A stretch of DNA of 64,000 nt from Deltaproteobacteria bacterium (GTDB taxonomy: Bacteria; Myxococcota_A; Polyangia; GCA-2747355; JADLHG01). Below, one piece after another: positions 37,871 through 46,868 of the stretch. The stretch lies in NCBI GenBank assembly GCA_020848905.1, contig JADLHG010000026.1, forward strand, positions 17,422 to 81,421, written 5' to 3'. The translations under genes were made by a program, and so were the position numbers. The notes under the pieces are model-generated. The model was not told the DNA's origin. It saw only the letters and a list, made by a program, of their open reading frames with translations, and ran no database searches. How positions within the stretch are numbered: position 1 is the first letter of the stretch; every line of letters starts with the position of its first letter.

Positions 37871-38932
37871 TCACGGCACCAACACGCGCCGCGAGACGAA
37901 TGCGTCCCCCTCTGCCGCCAGGAGCTCGACCCTCGGCGAATACCCGGCGGCCACGACCCAGAGCCGCCCTCCCGGCTCCCAGCCGAGCTGGCGCAGCGGC
38001 GCGGCCGTGACGGGGCGCTTGATCCACCGTCGAGGGGTCAGCGCCGGGAGCGCCCATTCGCCGACGCCGACGACCCCCATGGCGTGCAGCGTGGCCAGCG
38101 ACCTGCCATCGCGCGAGAAGACGAGCTGGTGCGCGCCGGGGAAGGGGAGCGGCAGGCGCCTCAGCGCCGCCGGAAAGAGCCCCTTCAGCGCCTCCACGGG
38201 CGCCTCGGCGACGAGCTTTCGCCGCTGCACGTCCCAGAGGAGGAGCCGGCGTCCCGCCCCCAGCGCCAGCCGATCTCCTCGCGGCGAAAAGGCCGCGCTG
38301 AAGGTCGTCTCGTCGGCACGGCTCTCCCAGCGGAAGTGGAGCGCCGCCCGCCGGCCGCGCAGCGCGTAGACCTCGAGGAGCGCCCCGCCGCCCCGGGGAA
38401 GGTCGCCGAAGAGCGCGAGGAACGCACCGTCCTCCGAGAGCGCGACCCCCTGGCCTCGCCCCCGACGCAGCGTGACCGTGGCGAGCACCGCCCCCGTGCC
38501 TCCGTCCCAGACCCGCGCCGTGCGCGCATCCTCCACGCTCCCGCCCGCGGTGTAGAGGGCCGCCACGCGCTCTCCGTCGCCCGAGAGCGCGGTCCGCACC
38601 ACGTTGAGCACACCGGGGAGCGCGAGCAGCCGCCGCGCCTCGAAGCGGGCCCCGCGGTGGAGCAGCACCCCGCCCTCGCCCACCGCCGCCAGGGCGCCCT
38701 TGGCCATGCTGCCACGGAAGAAGGTCTCGCTCGGCAGCTCGGCCAGCTTGCGACCGCTCTCGCGGTCCCAGACGTGGATCGGCCCCCCCTCCTGCGCGGC
38801 CACGCGCGAGGCGTCGGGGGCCACGATGGCCGTCGTGGGAACGCGACCGTTGCCGTGCGCAACCGCGCCGCCGAGGAGGAGCGCCGCTACCAGCGCGCCG
38901 GCGGCGAGGCCGCGTCTCGTTACGACGTCCAA
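37871..38932 (-). CDS. WD40/beta-propeller repeat protein, probably periplasmic
   Basis: Repeated ..VWDxxxGxxLAxx.. blades (VWDRESGRKLAEL, VWDGGTGAVLATV, LWDVQRRKLVAEA). Signal-like LAAGALVAALLLGGAVAHG. Start is uncertain (TTG at 38932 proposed). Confidence 0.55.
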   Translation of the reverse strand: MDVVTRRGLAAGALVAALLLGGAVAHGNGRVPTTAIVAPDASRVAAQEGGPIHVWDRESGRKLAELPSETFFRGSMAKGALAAVGEGGVLLHRGARFEARRLLALPGVLNVVRTALSGDGERVAALYTAGGSVEDARTARVWDGGTGAVLATVTLRRGRGQGVALSEDGAFLALFGDLPRGGGALLEVYALRGRRAALHFRWESRADETTFSAAFSPRGDRLALGAGRRLLLWDVQRRKLVAEAPVEALKGLFPAALRRLPLPFPGAHQLVFSRDGRSLATLHAMGVVGVGEWALPALTPRRWIKRPVTAAPLRQLGWEPGGRLWVVAAGYSPRVELLAAEGDAFVSRRVLVP

Positions 38933-38945
38933 GCCGATCGGCGTC

Positions 38946-39515
38946 CTACACGTTCGGGTTGTGCCGCTCGAGGATGAAGGTGCCGACGTGCAGCCGCACC
39001 GAGCCGATCGCGCCGTAGCCCTTGCCCACGAGCAGGTCGTCCCCCTCGCCCGCGCAGACGAGGTAGTCACGGAGCAGCCGCGAAGGATCCCAGAGCGGGT
39101 TGCGCCCGCAGTCGTAGTTCAGGAAGACCGCGTTCGGGTACTCGTGGTCGGGGTCCGAGAGCCTGACCGGATAGACGTCGAAGAGCCCGTGCTTGATCGA
39201 TTCGCCCCCCCGGAGCTTCTCGATCCATGGGTTCTCGAGGCCATTCTGCTCCACCTTCACGTTGTAACCTTGCAGGCGCGTCGGATCTCCGGGGGTCGGG
39301 CGAAAGCCCTTCTTGAACTTCCGCATCGCGCCGACATCGACGATGAGCCCAGTCTGGAAGGTGGGGAGCCCGGGGATGCCGTTGGCCCACCCCGTGTTGT
39401 AGCCGCGGAACTCCCAGCCCGCGAGCGACTCCAGCGCGGGGGCCCTCCCCTGCCGCATCACTTCCTCGATCTCCTCGGCGCTCGCCTTGCACAGCTCTTC
39501 GTAGGTCCTGCCCAT
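38946..39515 (-). CDS. Hypothetical protein (189 aa) immediately downstream of the GMC oxidoreductase
   Basis: ATG at 39515 lies 18 nt after the GMC stop. Composition is conserved-looking, with Lys, Asn, Tyr and Trp well represented. Confidence 0.5.
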   Translation of the reverse strand: MGRTYEELCKASAEEIEEVMRQGRAPALESLAGWEFRGYNTGWANGIPGLPTFQTGLIVDVGAMRKFKKGFRPTPGDPTRLQGYNVKVEQNGLENPWIEKLRGGESIKHGLFDVYPVRLSDPDHEYPNAVFLNYDCGRNPLWDPSRLLRDYLVCAGEGDDLLVGKGYGAIGSVRLHVGTFILERHNPNV

Positions 39516-39532
39516 GGGTTCCTCGCCTCTGC

Positions 39533-41473
39533 TCAGTTCGCGGCCTGGCCCTCGGCCCGGGTGGACGTCAGCGCCCGGTGGATCGTCTCCACCGCACGGC
39601 GCGCGAAGGCCATGATCGTGATTTGGGAGTTCACTGCAATCGGGCCGGGCACCACGCTCCCGTCGACGAGGTAGAGCCCGTCCAGCCCGCGGAGCCGGTA
39701 GTCCGGTCCCACCACCGCGCTTCGGGGGTCGCGCCCCATGCGACAGGTGCCGAGCGGGTGGAAGGCGCTCAGCACCAGGTCCGAGGCCGAGAGCCGCGCC
39801 GCCCGGAAGCGATCCAGCTCGGCGCGGCTGCGCAGCACGGGCCAGGTGCGCACCGCCGGAAAGACCGCCTGCGCCCCGGCCTCGAAGTAGAGGTCCGCGA
39901 TGAGCGACAGCCCCTCGTGCAGCCGCGTCACGTCCCCGTCGTTCAGGAAGTAGCTCGTGAGCACCTGCCCCCTGGGACCGCGCCGCAGCCTTCCCCGGCT
40001 GGTCTCGGCGATCATCGCGCCGTAGGTGGCGAAGCGGTCGTAGGCCTCGAGCTCCGCCACGAGCTCGCGCCCCACGAGCTGCAGCGGGATGGCCGCCATG
40101 TCGAGCGGCAGGTTGGCCGCCACGAGGAGCAGGCCCCGGTCCTGAAAGTGGGTGATGCCGTAGGGCGACGAGACGAGCACGTCGAAGCCCCGCACCACCT
40201 CGGGGAGCCGCGCGGAGACCGACCCCGAGGGGTGGATGGTCAGGCCGCGCCCCACGGCCTCGCCCCCGAGGTCGTGCTCCCAGAGGATGCGAGGGGTGTT
40301 GAAGCTCCCGCAGGCCAGCACCACGGTCCGCGCCCGCACGCGAAGGCCCTTGCCGTGCGAGCGCACCACCGCGCCCCGCACCTTCCCCTGACGGATCACG
40401 AGCTGCTCGAGAGTGGTCTCGGTCAGCAGCAGCGCCCCCGCGCGCAGCGCCGCGGGGATGAAGGTGCGGTCCATCGACCCCTTGCCCCCCGACGGACAGC
40501 CCATGTCGCAGGTGTTCTGGCCGTCGCAACCGGGAGCGTTACGCGGCAGCGGCCCGTGCACGAAGCCGCGCGCCTCGGCCACCCGGGCCATCCGCTCCAC
40601 GCCGCGCCCCCAGTACCTCTCCGGCGTCGGCGCCACCTCGAGCCGCGTCTCGACCTCGTCGAAGAAGGGCGCCATGCGCTCCTCGGAGAGCTCGGGAAGC
40701 CCCTCCTCGACCCACCGCCGATGCACCCACGCCGGCGGACGCAGACAGGTCGCCGTGTTGATCGTCGTGGAGCCGCCTACCGTGCGCCCCGCTGGGACCG
40801 GCACGAAGAGGTTGCCGAGGACGAGATTCTGGACGCGCCAGTCGTAGACGGTGCGGAACGCGTGCAGCGCCTGCCCCTTGAAGTCCTGGCGCTGGAAGTA
40901 GCGGCCGGACTCCACCACGAGGACGGCGTGCCCCCGCTCGGCCAGCTCCTTGGCCACCACGGCCCCCGAGGCCCCCGAGCCGATCACCAGCACGTCCGTC
41001 TCGAGCTCCTCCTCGTCGAGGTCGCAGCCGCGCACCACCTGCTGCGCGAAGCGCGGGGCGGGCTCGGCCTGCCGCGGGGCCTTGTCGTGCGGGACCCCGA
41101 AGTGCTCGCAGAGCTCCGGCCCGTCGAAGTAGAAGAGCTTGACCGCCGAGGCGACGAGCCCGAGCAGCGCCCCCACCGGGCCGCCCCCCGCGAGCCACTC
41201 GGCGAGCAGGGTCTGCTGCCGGTCGCTCGCGAGCCGCGCGAAACGCTGACCGGTGCGCGCCACCGCCGCGCTGTCGAGGAGCGCGCAGGCCCCGTTGAAG
41301 AGCTGCGGAACCCGCGCGTGCAGCGCCCCGAGCTCGGCGTACATGCGCTCGACCTCGGCCTCGGTGACCCCCGCGATCGCGCGGCCGCGCGGCACGATGG
41401 CGCGGCAGACGGCGATCGCCGCAGCCGTCGGAGAAGCCGCTTTCGGGAGGGGTTCGGGCATGGGACGGGTCAA
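39533..41473 (-). CDS. GMC-family FAD-dependent oxidoreductase with a roughly 150-aa N-terminal extension
   Basis: FAD fingerprint DVLVIGSGASGAVVAKELAERGHAVLVVESG. GMC C-terminal region HPLGTCRMG. Confidence 0.8.
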   Translation of the reverse strand: MTRPMPEPLPKAASPTAAAIAVCRAIVPRGRAIAGVTEAEVERMYAELGALHARVPQLFNGACALLDSAAVARTGQRFARLASDRQQTLLAEWLAGGGPVGALLGLVASAVKLFYFDGPELCEHFGVPHDKAPRQAEPAPRFAQQVVRGCDLDEEELETDVLVIGSGASGAVVAKELAERGHAVLVVESGRYFQRQDFKGQALHAFRTVYDWRVQNLVLGNLFVPVPAGRTVGGSTTINTATCLRPPAWVHRRWVEEGLPELSEERMAPFFDEVETRLEVAPTPERYWGRGVERMARVAEARGFVHGPLPRNAPGCDGQNTCDMGCPSGGKGSMDRTFIPAALRAGALLLTETTLEQLVIRQGKVRGAVVRSHGKGLRVRARTVVLACGSFNTPRILWEHDLGGEAVGRGLTIHPSGSVSARLPEVVRGFDVLVSSPYGITHFQDRGLLLVAANLPLDMAAIPLQLVGRELVAELEAYDRFATYGAMIAETSRGRLRRGPRGQVLTSYFLNDGDVTRLHEGLSLIADLYFEAGAQAVFPAVRTWPVLRSRAELDRFRAARLSASDLVLSAFHPLGTCRMGRDPRSAVVGPDYRLRGLDGLYLVDGSVVPGPIAVNSQITIMAFARRAVETIHRALTSTRAEGQAAN

Positions 41474-41521
41474 ACCATATCAGGGGCCTCGGCCGTTGCA
41501 AGCGGGCAGACCGCCCGAGGA

Positions 41522-44074
41522 TCAGCCCCAGTGGATCATGGCCGGGAAATAGGGATGCACGAGATCCGCATGCGCGGGGAGCACCCGGAGCGAGTGGCCG
41601 TGCTGCCCGCTCATGCGACACGGAATGGCCCCGGCGTAGAGGTGCTCGCCCTCCCCGAGAGACTCGAGGTAGCCCATGGTGATGGCCGACCCCTTCTTGA
41701 TGCGGCCCTGCCCGTCGAGGGGCCCGTGGTAGAGCTGCACGGCCACTTCCTCGGGGGTGAGCGTCCCGAGGTGGACCACCGCCGTGACCCGCAGCGCCGC
41801 CCCCACCTCGAGCTCTCCGACGGTGTCGGAGCGCACCTGCCGGATGGAGATCTCCGCCCAGTGGGCGCGCAGTCGCCCCAGCCACTCGGCGAGGTCGCGG
41901 GCCCGTCGCAGGTTGTCCCCCGAGAGACGCAGCATGCGTCGACTCGCCGGATGGTAGAAGCGCTGCATGTAGTCGGCCACCATGCGGTCGGTGTTGAAGG
42001 CCGGACAGACGGTGCGGATCGAGCCCTTCATGCGCGCGATCCAACCGCGAGGCAGCCCGTCCCTGCCGCGGTCGTAGAAGAGCGGCACCACCTCCTTCTC
42101 GAGCAGGTCGTAGATGGCGTGCGACTCCACCTCGTCCTGCATCTGGTGGTCCTCGTAGACCTCCCCGTGGCCGATGGCCCACCCGTTGTGCGCCTCGACC
42201 GCCTCGGGCCACCACCCGTCGAGGATCGACATGTTGATGCCGCCGTTCGGCGGGACCTTCATGCCGCTCGTGCCGCTCGCCTCCATCGGCCGCCGGGGCG
42301 TGTTCAGCCACACGTCGCACCCCCGCACCAGCCTGCGCGCCACGTGCATCCCGTAGTCCTCGAGGAAAACGATGCGCCGCCGGAGCAGGGGGTCCCGCGC
42401 GTGATGGATCACCTGCCGGATGAGTTCCTTGCCCGCCGCGTCGCGTGGGTGCGCCTTGCCGGCGATGACCACCTGCACGGGTCGGTCGTGATCCCCGACG
42501 ATGCGCTTCAGTCGCTCGAGGTCCCGGAAGAGCAGATACGCGCGCTTGTAGGTGGCGAAGCGTCGCGCGAAGCCGATCGTCAGCGCCTCGGGGTCCAGCA
42601 CCTCGCGCGCGTGCTCCACCTCCGCGAGGGGCTCGCCGCGCCGCTGGAGCTGCGCCGCCAGCCGCCGCCGCGCGAAGTTGACCAGCCGCGCGCGCTGCCG
42701 CTCGTGGATGCGCCAGAGCTCCTCGTCGGGGATCGCCGCCACGCGTTCCCACGCCGCGGCTCCGGTGTCGAAGTCGCGCCACCTCGGCCCGAGGTACCGG
42801 TCGAAGAGCTCCACCATGTCCCCGGAGATCCAGCTCATAGTGTGCACGCCGTTGGTCACCGACGCGATCGGGACCTCGTCCTCGGGCAGGCCGGGCCAGA
42901 TCCCCGCCCACATCTTGCGCGAGACCTCGCCGTGCAGGCGGCTCACCCCGTTGCTGTAGGCCGCGCAGCGCAGCGCGAGCACGGTCATGCAGAAGGGCTC
43001 GGCGGTGTCCCGCGGGTCGATGCGGCCGAGCCCGAGGAAGCCGTCGCGATCCAGCCCGAGCTTGGGCCAGTAGTCGCGCAGGTACTTGTCCACGAGCTCC
43101 GCCGCGAACATGTCGTTCCCGGCCGGCACGGGGGTGTGCGTGGTGAAGACGTTGCCCGCGGAGGTGGTGAGCCGCGCCTCGGTGAAGCTCGCCCCCGTCC
43201 GCAGCATGACCCGCCGGATGCGCTCGAGGGCCTGGAACGCCGAGTGCCCTTCGTTCATGTGGCAAACGGTCGGCTCGATGCCGAGGAGCGCGAGCAGCCG
43301 CTGTCCGCCGATCCCGAGCAGGATCTCCTGCTGCATGCGCATCTCGGTGTCGCCACCGTAGAGCTGCGCGGTGATCTCGCGGTCCGCGAGGCTGTTCTGC
43401 TCGAGGTTCGTGTCGAGCAGGTAGATCGGCACGCGCCCCACAGCGAGGTGCCAGACCTGCGCCACGACCGTCCGTCCGGCGAGCTCGACGGGGACCGTGA
43501 TCGGCGCCCCCGCCTCTCCGCGCACGAGCTTGAGCGGCAGGTTGAAGAAGTCGTTCTCGGGGAAGCGCTCCTGCTGCCACCCGTCCACGTTCAGGTACTG
43601 CTGGAAGTAGCCCACGCGGTAGAGGAGGCCCACGCCGACGAGGGGGAGCCCGAGGTCGGAGCTGGACTTGATGTGATCGCCGGCGAGGATCCCGAGGCCC
43701 CCCGAATAGATCGCCAGGCTCTCGGTCAGCCCGTACTCCGCCGAGAAGTACGCGATGTTCAGCGGGTCGTCACCGTAGTGCCGTTCGTACCAGGTAGAGG
43801 CCTTCTTGTAGCGCTCGAGCTGCTGCGCAACCCGCTGCATGTGCGAGAGGAAGCCTTCGTCGTGGGCCACCTCCTCGAGGCGCTCCTGGCGAATCGAACC
43901 CAGCACCCGCACGGGATTGTGCAGCGAGCTCTCCCAGAGGTCGGGCTCGAGGCGCTGGAAGAGCGAGATGGCGTCGTGGGACCAGCACCACCAGAGGTTG
44001 AACGCCAGCGTGCGCAGGGGCTCGAGCCTCCCCGGCAGCGCAGGCACGACCACGAACTTGCGAATGGTCGACAT
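41522..44074 (-). CDS. glgP: Alpha-glucan (glycogen/maltodextrin) phosphorylase, GlgP type with a DUF3417-like N-terminus
   Basis: ATG at 44074 with a GGAGGAGG RBS. N-terminus MSTIRKFVVVPALPGRLEPLRTLAFNLWWCWS. GT35 core (YFSAEYGL, GGLGILAGDHIKSSSDLGLP). Confidence 0.8.
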   Translation of the reverse strand: MSTIRKFVVVPALPGRLEPLRTLAFNLWWCWSHDAISLFQRLEPDLWESSLHNPVRVLGSIRQERLEEVAHDEGFLSHMQRVAQQLERYKKASTWYERHYGDDPLNIAYFSAEYGLTESLAIYSGGLGILAGDHIKSSSDLGLPLVGVGLLYRVGYFQQYLNVDGWQQERFPENDFFNLPLKLVRGEAGAPITVPVELAGRTVVAQVWHLAVGRVPIYLLDTNLEQNSLADREITAQLYGGDTEMRMQQEILLGIGGQRLLALLGIEPTVCHMNEGHSAFQALERIRRVMLRTGASFTEARLTTSAGNVFTTHTPVPAGNDMFAAELVDKYLRDYWPKLGLDRDGFLGLGRIDPRDTAEPFCMTVLALRCAAYSNGVSRLHGEVSRKMWAGIWPGLPEDEVPIASVTNGVHTMSWISGDMVELFDRYLGPRWRDFDTGAAAWERVAAIPDEELWRIHERQRARLVNFARRRLAAQLQRRGEPLAEVEHAREVLDPEALTIGFARRFATYKRAYLLFRDLERLKRIVGDHDRPVQVVIAGKAHPRDAAGKELIRQVIHHARDPLLRRRIVFLEDYGMHVARRLVRGCDVWLNTPRRPMEASGTSGMKVPPNGGINMSILDGWWPEAVEAHNGWAIGHGEVYEDHQMQDEVESHAIYDLLEKEVVPLFYDRGRDGLPRGWIARMKGSIRTVCPAFNTDRMVADYMQRFYHPASRRMLRLSGDNLRRARDLAEWLGRLRAHWAEISIRQVRSDTVGELEVGAALRVTAVVHLGTLTPEEVAVQLYHGPLDGQGRIKKGSAITMGYLESLGEGEHLYAGAIPCRMSGQHGHSLRVLPAHADLVHPYFPAMIHWG

Positions 44075-44157
44075 GCCTCCTCCCCTCTCCGTCGGGGCGC
44101 AGCATGCCAGCCGCGAGGAGGTCGAGCAACCCCCCGCGCGTGCGTGCCACGCCGCGA

Positions 44158-45672
44158 TCAGCGCCGGCGGGCGAAGAAGAGGGCGAGTCCGAGGAGGAGC
44201 GGCAGGAGCAGGCCGAGGTCGCGGCCACCGCCTGCGCCGAGACGACAGCCCCCCACGCGGTCGGCGAGGTCCGCCGGCGGGCCGCACACCGCGTCGGCAC
44301 CGTCGGGGAGACAGGTCGCGCCGGCAGCGCACGCCGCGCCGCTCTTGTTGCAGCGGGCGGTGCAGTACGAGAGGTTCGTGAGCGGGTCCACCAGGCAGAG
44401 GCCCGTGCTGCAGTCGTTGGCGGTCTGGCACGCGGCGCCGAAGTCCCCCGCGTCGAGCCGCGGCCGACAGATCCGCTCCACGCAGTGGTAGCCCGCTCCG
44501 CAGGCGCTGTTCGCCGTGCAGGCCTGCGTGCAGTACCCGGCCCGCTCCTCCGAGGTGCCGAAGCAGAGCTTGCTGCCGCACTGCTGGCTCTCCGTGCACG
44601 CGGTGCCGAAGGTTCCGGCCCCCGCCGAGACGCTGTCGCCGCCGCGCACCCTCACCGTCACGAGCGCCGAGGCGACGCTGCCGCCGTGCGTCTGCACCAC
44701 CGCCTGAAGGACGCGGTTTCCGCCCCGCAGGGGGCCGATCTCGAACCTGAACGGAGCCTGGCGCTTGCTCGCCGCCACCGTCCCGTCCACGAGGAGGTCC
44801 ACCCGCAGCAGCGCGGGGCTGCTGGCCAGCACCGAGACCTCCACGCGATCCGCCGCCTCGAACCCGCTCGTGGGGCTCAGAATCAGCACGTCGCCGAGGT
44901 CGTGGTCCCCGGCGGCGCGGGGCGCGCGCTCCAGCGCCACCTGGCGGGTGATCCACGCGCGAAAGATGTCCACGCGCATGTCGTTCCCCTCGTCGCCGCA
45001 GCTCCCACCCTTGGTGGAGTGCACGCCGAGCAGGATGGGCCGTCCCTCGCGCAGGGCGAAGGTCGGCCCGCCGGAGTCGCCGTCGCAGATGTTTCCGGCG
45101 GAGGCCGCCGCGCCGTACACGGTGAAGAGCTGGTCCGTCACGGTCCCGACGGTGTTCGTGGCCCGCCGCTTGACGCCGAAGCTGCCCTGCCCCTCGAGCG
45201 GCTTGCCGAACCCCACGAGCACGACGCTCTCGCCCACTCGCGGCGCGCGCGTGGCGAGCTCGACCGGCTCGATCCCGCCGACGTCCTCCATCAGCCGCAC
45301 CACCGCCAGGTCGGCATCGTTGCCACCCACGTAGCTCGGGTGCATCGTGACGGTCGCCGCGGCGAAGCGGGGCCCTTGCAGACCGGAGGGGTAGAAGACC
45401 ACCGGCCCCTGCCCCGCCACGCAGTGACCCGCCGTGATCAGCGTGCGGCGCCCGACGAGCGTGGCCGTGCAGCCCGAGTTCGAGCCGGTCCCCGCCACGA
45501 CGATCGCCCCGACCGCGGCGAAGCCCGACTCCGGCGCACCGTTAACGATGGCCGAGGTACGACTCGTCAACTGGGTCTCGGGGTGCGCGGAGTCCCCCGC
45601 GCAGGCCGCCTGGCCGAGCATGAAGGCCGCGGTCAGTAGCCGGAGCATCAGGGGACCGCTGGAGCGTCGCAT
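44158..45672 (-). CDS. Secreted trypsin-like (S1) serine protease with C-terminal Cys-rich modules and a MYXO-CTERM-like tail
   Basis: Catalytic triad TAGHC / D / GDSGGP. Signal peptide MRRSSGPLMLRLLTAAFMLGQAACAG. C-terminus GGCRLGAGGGRDLGLLLPLLLGLALFFARRR. Confidence 0.8.
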   Translation of the reverse strand: MRRSSGPLMLRLLTAAFMLGQAACAGDSAHPETQLTSRTSAIVNGAPESGFAAVGAIVVAGTGSNSGCTATLVGRRTLITAGHCVAGQGPVVFYPSGLQGPRFAAATVTMHPSYVGGNDADLAVVRLMEDVGGIEPVELATRAPRVGESVVLVGFGKPLEGQGSFGVKRRATNTVGTVTDQLFTVYGAAASAGNICDGDSGGPTFALREGRPILLGVHSTKGGSCGDEGNDMRVDIFRAWITRQVALERAPRAAGDHDLGDVLILSPTSGFEAADRVEVSVLASSPALLRVDLLVDGTVAASKRQAPFRFEIGPLRGGNRVLQAVVQTHGGSVASALVTVRVRGGDSVSAGAGTFGTACTESQQCGSKLCFGTSEERAGYCTQACTANSACGAGYHCVERICRPRLDAGDFGAACQTANDCSTGLCLVDPLTNLSYCTARCNKSGAACAAGATCLPDGADAVCGPPADLADRVGGCRLGAGGGRDLGLLLPLLLGLALFFARRR

Positions 45673-45733
45673 CGCCCACATAATGGTGCAAAGGTCAGAC
45701 CAGCCCCCACACGGGTCGCACACCACACTAAGT

Positions 45734-45743
45734 GCGCAATATT
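45734..45743. promoter_or_regulatory. Perfect 10-bp palindrome GCAATATTGC in the lower-GC region upstream of the S1 protease gene
   Basis: Read directly. Lies in the 195-nt gap between the protease start (45672) and the lgt stop (45867). Candidate operator. Confidence 0.3.
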
Positions 45744-45866
45744 GCTTGTGAGCTTCGGCTCGGTGGCCCATCCCACGCTCCGGCACGACGGCTTCTCCTT
45801 CAGCCACCCGTCTCGCGAGTCCCCAGCACCGCCTGCCACCGGCGGGCGCCCATTAGCCGCGCCGCG

Positions 45867-46674
45867 TTATCGCCCGCGCGCCTTGGCCGGCTTCGTGCGC
45901 GCCGGCTCCTTCTTCGCAGGCCTGTTCTTCACGTGGCGTCCGTAGGCCATCAGCGCGATCCCCGCGGCCCCCATGAGCACCGCCGAGTACTGCCCCGGCG
46001 TGAAGCCGAGGTAGGTCTTGTCCTCGACCCGCAGGTAGTCGAGAGCGAACCGGACCGGCGCATAGAGCAGCATCATCAGCCCCGGATGAAACCCCGGGAA
46101 GGGACGGACCCCCTTCAGGGCGTAGAGCACCCCGGTGAGCACGATGGTGTAGAGCATCTCGTAGAGCCCGAGGTCGTGCTCGGGGAGCGCGCCGCACTTC
46201 ACGCCCATGAAGAAACTCGTCGGGCGCCCCGGATGGTCGTGGACCACGGTGCAGCCCAGTCGACCGAAGATCCAGCCCGGCATCAGCCCGAAGATGATCG
46301 CGTCGGCGTACTCGAGGAGCGAGACCTTCCGGCGCCGGGCGAAGTACCAGTAGGCGCCGAGCAGTCCCCCGACGAAGCCGCCGAAGGAGGAGAGCCCGCT
46401 CCAGAAGGCGAGCAGGACGAGCGGGTTCTCCGCGATGCGGTGCGGGAAGTAGAAGACGACCGAGACCCAGTGCGCGACGACGAACCCCACCACGACGGTC
46501 CAGACCATGCCGTCGGCGCAGAGGTCGGGGTCGAGACCGGTGGCCTTCGCCCGCCGCCGCGCCAGCAGGTAGCCGACCACGAGCCCGATCCCCACGAGCA
46601 CCCCGAAGGGCTGAATAGGCACCACGCCGAAGAGCGGCGGGATCTTGACGACGTCGCGTAGACAGGGCAGCACG
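45867..46674 (-). CDS. lgt: Prolipoprotein diacylglyceryl transferase
   Basis: Lgt-like polytopic membrane protein of about 268 aa with GLYEMLY and HP motifs. GTG start at 46674 is inferred. The six-frame ORF extends upstream with Arg-rich junk. Confidence 0.75.
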
Positions 46675-46868
46675 AGCGGCTCCGACTGAGAGAAGGGCCC
46701 GGCGAACGCAAGCCTCCTGCGCCCCGGGCGCGGGTACGGTACCCAGGATGCGACGGGCAGGTCAAGGTGCGCCCGACGGGGTCGCCCGAGGAGCAGCCGC
46801 TCGGACGCGGAGCGAATCGCGTTCCGGCGCGGCGCAAGCTGGCAAACGCACGCCCCTCTTTGTAAGCT

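Noticed and set aside
39578-44491. 1637-aa plus-strand ORF spanning the region opposite the GMC oxidoreductase and glgP
   Set aside because: It is antisense to two motif-supported genes. Its translation is Arg/Pro/Gly/His-rich low-complexity sequence typical of an open non-coding frame in 70% GC DNA.
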